Below, piece by piece: positions 36,799-48,311 of a DNA stretch of 64,000 nt (positions are counted from its first letter, which is position 1; every line of letters begins with the position of its first letter). Below the pieces are notes generated by a model. It was given only the letters and a program-made list of their open reading frames with translations, ran no database searches and was not told the origin of the DNA. Both the position numbers and the translations under genes were made by a program. The stretch comes from Octopus sinensis (taxonomy: Eukaryota). The stretch lies in NCBI RefSeq assembly GCF_006345805.1, contig NC_043001.1, positions 17,050,001-17,114,000 on the forward strand. The letters are read 5' to 3'.

Positions 36799-37007
36799 CA
36801 ACATGTGACCGCGTGTGTATCGTTTGCGATTTTCTTTCTCCGTCTTCCCTTCCTTGGACCTTTCCTTTTTCTATGTTTCTGACGAAGAGCTCCGCTCGAA
36901 ACGTTAAATCCTCCTTCTTTCTTTCCTTCCCGAGCTTCCAATAACACTATATTTGTTCCACGTCCTCACGTTGTTATGTTTTCCCTATGTTCACGTTTGG
37001 ATTAACT
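36799..37007 (+). mobile_element. PLE pseudo-LTR family E with hammerhead motif
   Basis: TTT-CTGACGA-AGAGCTCCGCTC-GAAACGT-T-AAA at 36876-36908; ends in (TA)n. Confidence 0.7.
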
Positions 37008-37027
37008 ATATATATATATATATATAA

Positions 37028-37250
37028 TACAAAATGGGACAAGAACGCAAAACATCTGGACAACTAGATGATACAAAAAGGGACAACAAAACAATAAAAA
37101 AAACATAAAACAAAAAAACACAAGGACGGGTCATTCAAAGCTTTCTATCCTCAGTCAGGAACCGGATCATCCTCGCAATTTCGGGTGATTGTCCCATTTT
37201 GTATCACCTAGTTGTCTGGATGTTTTGCGTTCTTATCCCATTTTGTATTA
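37028..37250 (-). mobile_element. PLE-like family F fragment with a short inverted piece
   Basis: Similar to 38459-38620, 55466-55660 and 60068-60200; abuts (TA)n. Confidence 0.55.
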
Positions 37251-37399
37251 TATATATATATATAACAGCGTACGTACACTTTGTTTTCTTATATAGATAT
37301 ATATGCAGTTTAATGCTGAAAATTCCAGGCCCTGCGCTACCAGCATCCAAAACTGAATATTATACTTACAGGGTACACCGGTCCACAGGGAATATGAGA

Positions 37400-37588
37400 C
37401 GCCATGATAGATCGTTAGCCACTATACACATTTTTTTCTCTCCTTGTTTTTTTCTGTGTCCCTTTCTGTAGAAGAGCGTAGGCTCGAAACGTAAAAGACT
37501 TTTTCTATTCCTGAGCGTTATACTAATACATCTGTTTGTTTTGTAAACCACTTGTTTTCGTCTTTTGTTTTATTCGTAAACTCTCCCT
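37400..37588 (+). mobile_element. PLE pseudo-LTR family D
   Basis: CTGTAGAAGAGCGTAGGCTCGAAACGTAAAAGAC. Confidence 0.7.
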
Positions 37589-37680
37589 ATATATATATAT
37601 TAATTAAAAATTACATTTCCAGTGGTCTAACGTGCAAAAAAAAAAAATTAGTCAAGAAGACTATATATTAGTCATACAAT

Positions 37681-37942
37681 ATAGTGTATATTTAAACACA
37701 TAAAGAATCCACTTAGAGGAATTCAAAACACTAAAAAGAACAGCTAGGTTCTATAACCACAAAAATTAGGGATAAAATTCGAAAGGAATGAATTGAAAAT
37801 TGAAAAACAGTTTAGTTTTTCATTTTTCAATTCGTTCCTGTCGAATTTTATCCCTACTTTTTGTGGTTATAGAAACTAGCTGTTCTTTCTAACGTGTCGA
37901 ATTCCTATAAGTGGATTCTTTATGTCTTTAAATATACACTAT
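37681..37942. repeat. ~260-bp imperfect fold-back
   Basis: ATAGTGTATATTTAAA...GATAAAATTCG / CGAATTTTATC...TTTAAATATACACTAT. Confidence 0.85.
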
Positions 37943-37977
<35 letters not shown>

Positions 37978-38458
37978 CAACTGAATTTTAAAAATAACAT
38001 TTTAAAGCAGATTCCTTAATATAAACATATCTTTTTCCGCATGTCAATGCCTTCAGTAACATGTCAATCGAATTTTAACACCATACGTCTCACACCTTCT
38101 CTTCTGCGAGTGTATATAATCAGGGTGTAGATGAATTTTTTCCTGTTCCCTATTTTTAAGGCTGATATGAATTCTGCTTCTTTGTCTATGAGCGCAGTTT
38201 CCAGGAAGGAAAACTGTCAAGGGACCGGTATAATACAAGCTGTTGTATATCTATGCAGTATCATTTTCTTTAAAAGAGATGATTTAATCCCTGTGCAATA
38301 TTCAGTTACATCGGTCTAAACCTAGCTTAAGGCGCGTTATATTGGATTTCAGCTTAATAATTCATTATTGAAACGCATGTATGTATGTATGTATGTATGT
38401 ATGTATGTATGTGTATCCAAGTTTATGTAATATATGTATATATATATATATATATATA

Positions 38459-38620
38459 TGAAATACAAAATGGGACAAGAACGCAAAACATCCAAATAGA
38501 CGATACAAAAAACATGGACTGGCCATTCGAAGCCTTTAAACTTCAGTCAAGAACCGGATTATCCTCGCAATTTCGGTTGATTAATCTTGAGATTGCTCCA
38601 ATCTGGCCTGCCCCAAGGAA
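38459..38620 (-). mobile_element. PLE-like family F fragment
   Basis: Similar to the other family F copies. Confidence 0.55.
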
Positions 38621-38667
38621 AAACTAAGCTAAGAGCATTAGATTCCTCGGAAAAAGGATCGAATGTA

Positions 38668-38900
38668 TACCGTAAATCTCGAGTAGAGTCCGCCATTGAG
38701 TATAATACGCAGGGGATTTTTAGGGGGCTGTATCTCTGAAAAACCTAAACCATTTGTATAATACGCACCCCTTCTCTAACTTGAGTCAAAGAGGTCTATA
38801 TAACGTCCTTGGTTTGTAAAAATGTATGCAGTAACGTCCTTTATTATTATTGTATATATAACATAGTGCAAACGTGTAGCTTTTTTGTGCATTTTGTTTG
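38668..38900 (+). mobile_element. Possible pogo/Tigger-like terminal fragment
   Basis: Begins TACCGTAAATCTCGAGTAGAGTCCGC with internal GTATAATACGCA repeats; no partner TIR was found. Confidence 0.3.
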
Positions 38901-39079
38901 CAGAAAATAAAGAGATAACAGTAATAACGTTTAATAAATGTTGCTTACTGCAAGTTATGGATGATTCTTTTATGACTTCATTGCTTTCAGGCTTAGCTTA
39001 AGGTATTTTCGCGCCCGACATCACAAAATGCATCTGAATAAACATTGCCGGACAGCAAATAGAGACTAGGACATTGCTT

Positions 39080-39410
39080 GCACCTTGGGCAACTGTCTTC
39101 GGCTATAGCCTCGGGCCGACCAAAGCCTTATGAGTAGATTTGGTAGACGGAAACTGAAAGAAGCCCGTCGTATATATGTATATGTATGTATATGTGTTTG
39201 TGTTTGTGTGTCTGTGTTTGTTCCCCCCCCAACATCGTTTGACAACCAATGTTGGTGTGTTTATGTCCCCGTAACTTAGCGGTTCGGCAAAAGAGACCAA
39301 TAGAATAAGTACTAGGCTTACAAAGAATAAGTCCTGTGGTCGATTTGCTCGACTAAAGGCGGTGCTCCAGCATGACCAAAGTCAAATGACTGAAACAAGT
39401 AAGAGTAAAC
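39080..39410 (+). mobile_element. SINE family B, 5'-truncated
   Basis: Core, microsatellite and tail match the consensus. Confidence 0.85.
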
Positions 39411-39911
39411 AAGATGACTAATATTCACTGTGTTTCTCAGTGTGCTATGTTAGGCTTCCAAATTATTAGTAGTACGAGCAATCCCCGTCATACAGCGATC
39501 CCAAACATTCCATATAGGTAATGGAAATGGAGGTTCAAGATGTCGCCTCCTCTGTCCTCTTCTTCTTAGTGGTCCTATATAATTTTTTTCACAATAGGAT
39601 ACAATTAACTGTGAAATATCATCATCAAGTTGTTCATATCCATCTATAACATCATCAACCAGCAGGAAGTCAAGGTCAACAAAACTCCGCATTTTTAGAC
39701 TAAAACTGTAATCTTCGGGATATCTGTATTTTAGCCCTTCTTGCAAAACATACTTGTACACATTTTGTCCTAAATGAAACAAGCAGCATGCCAAAGTCGA
39801 CCCAGGAAACGATTCCAGAAATCCGTTATGGGCTGCTTTTTCGAAATCCATAATTATGTTATCAGGTCCCTCATATGCAGTAATTCATTTATAATGGCAA
39901 AAAGTCTACTA

Positions 39912-40050
39912 TAGGCGTTGGAGTGGCTGTGTGGTAAGTAGCTTGCTTACCGACCACATGGTTCCGGGTTCAGTCCCACTGCGTGGCACCTTGGGCAAGT
40001 GTTTTCTACTATAGCCTCGGACCGAGGATTTGGTAGATGGTAGATGGTAG

Positions 40051-40092
<42 letters not shown>

Positions 40093-40567
40093 TAATGTCT
40101 TGCAAACAACTTGCACATGCAAGTGCTACCAGTTAAAGTTCCGTATACCGGAAGCTAGCAAGTGTATGGGGTCATCAGGAGAGAATGCGCGCCGTTTCGG
40201 GGCCTACCTCTCGACGGCATCAATGCGCACCGGACCCCTCACTGATTTGAGGCCCCTCGCTTGCTAGATCAGCTGGTTATGAAGAACTCAATATACTTCT
40301 AGCCATCGCTCATCGTCTCTTTTTAACCAAATCCAGTGGCTAGCCTTCTCCACTGTAGTTTGCGTGTCTGTTTGTCCCCCCAACATCGTTTGACAACCGA
40401 TGCTAGTGTGTTTACGTCACCGTAACTCAGCGGCTCGGCAAAAGTGACCGATATAATAAGTACTAGGCTTCCAAAGAATAAGTCCTGGGGTCGATTTGCT
40501 CGACTAAAGGTGGTGCTCCAGCATGGCCACGGTCAAATGGCTGAAACAAGTAAAAGAGTAAAAGAGT
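39912..40567 (+). mobile_element. SINE family B inside the MULE, carrying a ~270-bp internal insert
   Basis: 5' half at 39912-~40090 and 3' half at ~40360-40567. The MULE reading frame rejoins across it (DAY|SRLF). Confidence 0.8.
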
Positions 40568-40758
40568 ATATGCGTCTTGACTTTTGTCAGAGATCAATGC
40601 GAACAATAGTGGAGCGTGAAAATTAGCAATTTGAGTGTGAAGTATATATAACTGAAAAAATATACTAGAGCAGCACTGAAATGTTCCGTCTGCTGCCCAG
40701 GTCTTGGACTGTTTTAACTGTCAAAGTGCATTGTCACTTGTAGTATTAGTATTTGTTT

Positions 40759-41097
40759 CCTATGAACCCGGAAAATTTAAAACAGAGGATTACCTACTTG
40801 CAAACAAATGTGGTAACATTTAACATTATTGACCGATGTTACCGTGGTCTTTTCCGTAGGCTTTATTTCCCACGGATAAACCTTATCTGCTTCCCCCTTT
40901 ACACTTTATATCATGACATTGTGATACACGATCCCTATTGATCGTTTCCGCCCCCTTTTTTTTCTTCTTTCCCTTTTATGATCCCTTTTGATCGAAAACC
41001 TACCCCACCTTTTTTTTTTTCTCTCCCCAAAAAAGAAGAGCTCTATTTTGTAATCTGACCCGTCTGTGTGCAGCCCTGTGTGGCTAGTACAGAAACA
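40759..41097 (+). mobile_element. 339-bp retroposed insert with 15-bp TSD, ending in a SINE-A-like tail
   Basis: TSD TATTAGTATTTGTTT at 40744-40758 and 41098-41112; 3' end CCGTCTGTGTGCAGCCCTGTGTGGCTAGTACAGAAACA. Confidence 0.75.
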
Positions 41098-41755
41098 TAT
41101 TAGTATTTGTTTTGAAACTTCCATCCTGTTGTCACAGTGTAAAAACGTTTCCTCATTGTCAAGGTAGGAGTATTCACTTGGAATGGAAAACCCAACATTT
41201 GTAAGTGGGATAGCAGGAGAGTTGGAATCAGCTTGCTTCCAACATCTAATATTCCTATTAAGCTGTGCAAACGGAGACATTTTCGACAATGTACCGACGT
41301 TTACATTTCTGAACTTCACTAGCGATAATTGAGCGACGGGCATCACGAGATGAAATAGATTTTACTTTAATATTTGAAACTATTATCCTTGCATTACCTC
41401 AGCAGCAGTTGAAGCGTGATTATGGACCACCATCTTCTAAAGCTCTTTACAATTTTCATCTGTATGAAGTCTCACCTTGCACACTCGATTTTCGCACCTC
41501 CAGTATATCCTCAATCCATCTGCATTCTGCTTATTTTTTATGTATATAAAAGTTTCTTGATTGACTATTTTGATGTTTCTTTTCTCTGAAGTTATGGACT
41601 TTATAACTATAAATAAAATTTTCTTGATCGACTATTTGATGTTTCCTTTCTCTGAAGTTATGAACTTTCAGGTAGTCATGTTATGGACAGGCGTATTGAA
41701 TAAATTTAATTCGATTTGCTTGAAATTCTTTGCGCGTAAACTGTTCAGCGCAGAT

Positions 41756-41799
<44 letters not shown>

Positions 41800-42368
41800 A
41801 TGCGGGTAAAGGAAGAAAACATCTAAAACTGTCCAACGACAATTTAAATTCTAAAGGGATTGTTTTAAACTTCCCGTCGAAAATCACATTTAAAAGTGTT
41901 TCGGTTCGAATTGGTCAGCGAAGAATTGACCTGGGGATGAACTGATCAACGACGAATTGACAGGGGACAGCTTAAAAGACGACGAAATAACCAGAGACGA
42001 ATTGTCCTAGCACCATATATATATATATAATTAAAAATGAGGGTGTCTGAGAGACAACAACATGCCGAAATAGCAGTCGAAATTCTGACTATAAAAACCA
42101 CGTTAAGTGTTCATATCGTACCATGAAATAAGACAGAGGGACAAAATATACAAGCAAAAGTTATTGAATAATTCAAGATCCAGGATTTCTGGTTTTGCTT
42201 TAAATATGCTTTACCGTCATCAATTGAATATATCAAGGGTACATAAATACAGATATATATATGCAGAGCAAACGATATACTTACATATACGAACGCCCAT
42301 ACATACATACATACATATGTACGTATGCACACGGCCAGTTATATATATACATATATATATATATATAT

Positions 42369-42640
42369 GATTGATTGATTGATTGATTCTAGTTTCAGCT
42401 CATGAGCTGTGGCCATGCTGGGGCACCGCCATTTGGTGTTGCTACATGGTTTTACTTCACGAAAGCTTTTTAGCAACTGCCATTTGGTGCATGAGAGAGT
42501 TCGATGCAGCTGCCCTCATCTGCACCTCCTGCCGTGAAGTTGGTTCATCTGGGACACCCGACAGGAAGAGATCCAGTTTCATTTTAAAGACATCTGCATC
42601 CACCCCATGCAGGTCTCTCAGGTTCTTCGGGAGAGGAATG
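42369..42640 (-). mobile_element. CR1/L2-group LINE 3' end with (AATC)n tail
   Basis: LPKNLRDLHGVDADVFKMKLDLFLSGVPDEP...RAAASNSLMHQ, then GGCGGTGCCCCAGCATGGCCACAGCTCATGAGCTGAAAC. Confidence 0.8.
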
Positions 42641-42715
42641 ACCACTAAAGTGGACACTCTATATGCTAAACATATGTTTAGCATATAGAGTGTCCACTTT
42701 AGTTGTCATTCCTCT
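42632..42715. repeat. 84-bp hairpin at the LINE 5' truncation point
   Basis: Arms of ~41 bp with one mismatch and essentially no loop. Confidence 0.92.
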
Positions 42716-42815
42716 TAATTTTGTATATAACACAATTTTTAATCTTCAGATTGTTTAAATATGCTAAGCCACTGGTTTTAATTGACTAACATTAATTTCT
42801 AACCCTAATTATTTA

Positions 42816-42953
<138 letters not shown>

Positions 42954-43004
42954 TTATTTAAAGCAGCAGAAAATTCAACAAACCTGTTACTCTGAGTTAC
43001 ATAT

Positions 43005-43260
43005 AAGAAGCCTGTCGTATATTATATATATTATATATATTATATATATATTTGTGTTTGTGCCCCCAACATCGCTTGACAACCGATGCTGTTATGTTTA
43101 CGTCCTCGTTACTTAGCGGTTCGGCAAAAGAGACCGATATAATAAGTACTAGGCTTACAAAGAATAAATCCTGGGGTCGATTTGCTCGACTAAAAAAGGC
43201 GGTGCTCCAGCATGGCCGCAGTCAAATGACTGAAACAAGTAAAAGAGTAAAAAGAGAGTA
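43005..43260 (+). mobile_element. SINE family B 3' part
   Basis: Matches the consensus. Confidence 0.8.
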
Positions 43261-43581
43261 TATATATGTATATATATCAAGGGTATGAAAGGTATTGATG
43301 TCAGGAAGACCCAAAGGGTATCGGGTAAACGCAAAGTAAGTGCTATGGATAGACCATGGTCAAGCCCCAGGATCGATAATGATACGAGTGAGGAGTCCAA
43401 CGTGGGTCATGCCTCAGTATGCATACATATAAATTGACATATAAATATTCCAAACCTAGTACTTATTCTATCGGTCACTTTTGCCGAAACGCTAAGTTAC
43501 ACGAACACCAACATCGGTTGTTAAGCACAGACGCACAAACAAAGATACACAAATACACACACACACAAGCACACACACATA

Positions 43582-44715
43582 CAGGTACATAAGGATTTTG
43601 AGGACATACTGTCTTTGGGGACATTGCTGCATTTTTTACTAACCCTGTATAATCTTTGTTTCAGAAAATAATAATGGCAGACGCACAGATTACTCAAGAA
43701 ATGTCTTGTCATGCTGTTATTGTGGTTATAAAGGCTAAGTATAGCGATTTAGAAATATCCCGATTTTTAAAAGCTGCCAGATCTTTCGTCTACAAAGTTT
43801 GTAAGGAGTTAGAATCAGATAATGGAAATGTATCACTAGTATCAAAGCACAAAAAGCATTCTAAACTCTCCGAAATCATCAGAACATCCGAATTTATCCA
43901 GTAAGTTCAACAGACCATTGATTACAATCCCAGAAAGTCCATGAGGTCAATTTCAAAAGATCTCCATGTGTCAGAAGGAACAGTCAGAAATACTATCCAC
44001 GAAGACATCAGATATAAGCCTTATATGATGAGGAAAGGTCAATTTCTCACTACATCAGATCTAAAAGGCTCTTAAACAAACTCCAGAGGAAGATTTGGTT
44101 TAGTTTTTCTCAAACGAGAAAAACTTCGACCAAGACCAAAATGTTAACAGAAGAAATGACAGATAGTTAAGAAGGGTTGTCAGCAATGAAGAACATGTGA
44201 TGCCTCCTTAATTCTTTCCACAAGGCTTTAGAATTAACTCGGCCGCCTACATTGAGGTCTTGGAAATAATTGTTAAGCCCTGGATAGACAGTGTATGCAA
44301 TGGAAGGCCATACGTGTTTCAGTAAGACTCTGTACTATCACACATGGCTCTAGTAATACAGGAATGGATGACTGAAAGTGTTTATGATCACCACAAACCA
44401 TTGGACTATTAAATGTGGAGCGTTGTTGAGAGGGAGGTCGATGAATACGCCCATAACAACAAAGATTCTTTGAAAGGTGCCATATTCAGAGTAATGTCCA
44501 AAATGAACCAGGACCACTTGATTCGAGCATGTAGATGATCTAGATCTCATACAAGTAGTTTTTGAAGCTGAAGGTGGCGTCATTGAATAATACTGTAGGA
44601 AAAGAGGTTTATTTTTATCCTCATAGCATTTTTTTGATAAATAAAGCTATTATCTGTTATCATATCTGTCTTTTTTATAAACATAAAAATGTCCTCAAAC
44701 ATCTTACACACCCTG
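43582..44715 (+). mobile_element. Tc1/mariner DD37D (maT)-type transposon, decayed
   Basis: Imperfect TIRs CAGG..TAAG..TTTGAGGACAT and TA TSDs. Pseudogene ~43674-44590: HAVIVVIKAKYSDLEISRFLKAARSFV...FSxEKNFDQDQNVNRRND...KPWIDSVCNGRPYVFQxDS...EAEGG.IE. Confidence 0.85.
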
Positions 44716-44717
44716 TA

Positions 44718-44764
<47 letters not shown>

Positions 44765-44785
44765 GTATGTATGTATGTATGTATG

Positions 44786-44827
<42 letters not shown>

Positions 44828-44910
44828 AGGTACTGCAAATTTAGGGTGAATACTTGATAAGCGTAAGCACCTGTATATGCCAGATAATGGCAGAGGTGAG
44901 AGGGAATATA

Positions 44911-45103
44911 TCAAATAAAATCAAAAACAGAGCACAAACGCTATCTCGGTACACGTGTTTCAAGCTTTATAAATGACCCTTTTCTTACATCAGTGTATAA
45001 TTGATATAAAATATGGTACACTGATGTAAGAAAAGGGTCATTTATAAAGCTTGAAACACGTGTACCGCGACAGCCTTTGTGTTCTGTTTTTGATTTTATT
45101 TGA
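44911..45103. repeat. Fold-back (~87-bp arms) with a hammerhead-like motif
   Basis: CTGATGTAAG...CTTGAAACACGTGTA in the right arm and its complement in the left arm. Confidence 0.8.
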
Positions 45104-45116
45104 GTAATATATATAA

Positions 45117-45175
<59 letters not shown>

Positions 45176-45204
45176 TAATATATATATATATATTATATAT
45201 ATAT

Positions 45205-45368
45205 ATACGGCGGGCTTCTTTCAGTTTCCGTTCACCAAATCCCTTCAAATCTTCGGCCCGAGGGTATAGTAGAAGACACTTGGCCAAGGTGTCACGCAGT
45301 GGGACTGAACCCGGAACCTTGTGCTTGGGAAGCAAGCTTTTTACCACACAACAGCCTCTCCTGCGCCA
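45205..45368 (-). mobile_element. SINE family B 5' half
   Basis: Matches the consensus. Confidence 0.75.
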
Positions 45369-45383
45369 TATATCTTTATATAT

Positions 45384-45595
45384 CACGTGATCACTTGACC
45401 GAACAGACCAAGCGAGCAGGCCAACAGAAGAAAGAGTGGGAGAAAGAGTGGTGAAAGAATACAGCAGGGATCACCACCCCCTGCCGGAGCCTCGTGGAGC
45501 TTTTTAGGTGTTTTCGCTCAATAAACACACAACGCCCGGTCTGGGAATCGAAACCGCGAGTCCGCTGCCCTAACCACTGGGCCATTGCGCCTCCA
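45384..45595 (-). mobile_element. SINE family C with tail 2, internally deleted
   Basis: Same CACGTGAT terminus as the 14402 copy. Confidence 0.8.
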
Positions 45596-45599
45596 TATC

Positions 45600-45640
<41 letters not shown>

Positions 45641-46535
45641 TATATATATGTGGTTGTGTGTGTGTGGTGTGTGTGTGTGTGTGGTGTGTGTGCGTGTGTG
45701 TGTGTATGTATGTGCGTGTGTGTGTACACACTCATATGTATACATATATACATTCATGCATACGTACATACATACTTACATACATATATGAGTATTTTAT
45801 ACTCGTTTCAGTCATTGAACAGCAGCCATACCAGGAAACTACCTTTAAGGGTTGTACGTGACACTTGCTCAAGATGCCGTGCATTGAGACTGAATTTCAC
45901 GAACAAGGGTATTACAGACGTGACCATCCTGACATGACTGACGGGACGTGCATGAACCTGGCAGCACCGAAACTGAATACGGTCCCACCATCGATTATAA
46001 AGCCTACCTGTCCTTACAATTTATAAGCCTCTACATTCTTTTAGAGCAAGGATATAGACAGACTCCTACACACACACACACACACATGCACGCAGCACAC
46101 ATTCATAAAGACATATTCAAACAATCCCACGCATACACAATTAAAATATGGCGTGAAAGTTATATTTCAGAGGTACTTTTTTATGCCTATTAAATGAACT
46201 GACAAAGCCATAGAATATGAATTTGTGTCACCCGTTTACGTCATTTTCCGTAATGAATTCCGCTTACTCTGATGTACTTTAAACATTCAATAAAGTTCCT
46301 TCACATTTGTCTATATCAGCAGTCTACTTCTTATCATGACAAGCAGTAAGAGTTCAGTGCACATGGAACCTCCCTCTAATCATTAATCTTCCGCATACAG
46401 GCGCCGTTCACAGGCAACCTAGACATCTCGCGCTAGATTTGCACTACTTCTATTGACAGAGACCTTGAAAAAATACACCATTCATTGTATTCTGAACGAC
46501 CTATTCTCCGTCGACAACCCCGTGTTACAGTCATT

Positions 46536-46935
46536 GTGGAAGCACTCCGTCGGTTACGACGACAAGGGTTCCGGTTGATCCGAATCAACGGAACAGCCTG
46601 CTCGTGAAATTAACGTGTAAGTGGCTGAGCACTCCACAGACACGTGTACCCTTAACGTAGTTCTCGGGGATATTCAGCGTGACACAGAGAGTGACAAGGC
46701 CGGCCCTTTGAAATACAGGTACAACAGAAAGAGGAAGTAAGAGTGAGAGAAAGTTGTGGTGAAAGAGTACAGCAGGGATCACCACCGTCCCCTGCCGGAG
46801 CCTCGTGGAGCTTTAGGTGTTTTCGCTCAATAAACACTCACAACGCCCGGTCTGGGAATCGAAACCGCGATCCTATGACCGCGATCCTATGACCGCGAGA
46901 CCGCTGCCCTAACCACTGGGCCATTGCGCCTCCAC
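46536..46935 (-). mobile_element. SINE family C, full length, with 13-bp TSD
   Basis: TSD TGTTACAGTCATT at 46523-46535 and 46936-46948. Confidence 0.92.
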
Positions 46936-47129
46936 TGTTACAGTCATTACACGTATAAAGAAAACAGTTTCGTACTACACCCACTCTTATTACGAATTAA
47001 ACCTGTCGATTCTGCTACAGTCACATAGTCTTTAATAATCTCTTGTGGTAGCCTGACGTAACATCGTCAAAACAGCAATACAACTGGAACCCTCGTCGTC
47101 GTAACCGACGGAGTGCTTCCATCCACCAT

Positions 47130-47385
47130 TATTAAATAAATGCACCCTTTTAAAGCCTAGCCAGGCTCATGGGCCCGGTTTCCCGGTTTCTATGGCGTAA
47201 GTGTTCCCCAGCTGGACGGGACGCAATCCATCGCAGCGTTACTCATTTTTGCCAGTTGAGTGCACTGGAGCAATGTGAAATGAAGTGTTTTGCTCAAGAA
47301 CAACGCGTCTCCCGGTCAAGGAATTGAAACCACAATCTTACGATCATCATGCTGGCACCCTAACCACTAAGCCACGCGCCTCCAC
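47130..47385 (-). mobile_element. Fourth tRNA-derived SINE family (CORE/V-like central part)
   Basis: Head GTGGAGGCGCGTGGCTTAGTGGTTAGGG..GGTTTCAATTCC, then TTGAGCAAAACACTT..GCGATGGATTGCGTCCCGTCCAG..GAAACCGGG. The domain label is from memory. Confidence 0.7.
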
Positions 47386-47835
47386 ATACATTGGGTATTA
47401 TGCGAGAAACATTTGGTTGTAGTTTCTAGTAGTCAAGTAACATTACTGAAATTTCCTCGCTAATTCGCTTCTGCACGTGTTTACACACAGCGTCAAAATC
47501 TGTGATTTGTTTAATATGTTCCGAATCAAGTTCCGTTTTAGCTTCTACTGCCAGTTCTTTTTCTAGATGTCACCATCTGTTTTCGTCGTGTTTTTGAATA
47601 TCTAAACAGGTGCTGATGAGGGCATTGATCTCATCATCCATTTACGTTCGGTAAAGAATGAAGATGGGTAGCTAGTCACATACGGGAGTCAGAGAAGAAT
47701 TTGAGCGGTTTTTACATCGGTTTTTATTTAGACCAGAAACGTAAATACATACATATACGCAAACAAGCATGCATAAATATATACACATGCACTTCATATT
47801 CACACACACACATACACACACGCACACATATATAT

Positions 47836-48061
47836 TATCTTTTACTTGTTTCAGTCATTTGACCGGGGCCATACTGGGGCACCACCTTGAAGGGTTTTTA
47901 GCTGAACAAATCGACCCCAGGGCTTATTTTTTTAAAGCTTGATACAAATTCTATCGACAACTTTTGCCGAACTGCAAAGTTTTTGGGGACGTAAACACAC
48001 CAATACAGGTTGTCAAGCAGTGATGGGGTACAAACACATGTAAACACACACACACACACAC

Positions 48062-48096
<35 letters not shown>

Positions 48097-48272
48097 GCGC
48101 ACACACACACATACACATATATATATACGACGAGCTTCTTTCAGTTTCCGTCTACCAAATCCACCCGCAAAGCTTTGGTCGACCCGAGGCTATAGTAAAA
48201 GACTATTGTCCAAGATATCATGCAGTGGGACTGAACCCGGAAACATGGGGCTGGCAAGCAATCTTCTTACCA
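47836..48272 (-). mobile_element. SINE family B
   Basis: Matches the consensus. Confidence 0.8.
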
Positions 48273-48311
48273 CACAATCACATATTATATATGTATGTTA
48301 TCCATCCTTAT

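Larger units (their letters stand above)
39420..42014 (-). mobile_element. FLYWCH-MULE (Mutator-like) transposon remnant, multiply interrupted
   Basis: FIY..YWRCENRVCKVRLHT..HNH (~41400-41550), TWAADGTF..FQLYILH (~40600-40700) and DFEKAA..CLFHLGQN..RTTNNLE (39450-39851). One terminus GGTGCTAGGACAATTCGTC with subterminal GACGAATTG repeats ends at 42014. Confidence 0.85.

Noticed and set aside
47605-47650. Hammerhead at CTGATGAGGGC
   Set aside because: There is no downstream GAAA or pairing stems.
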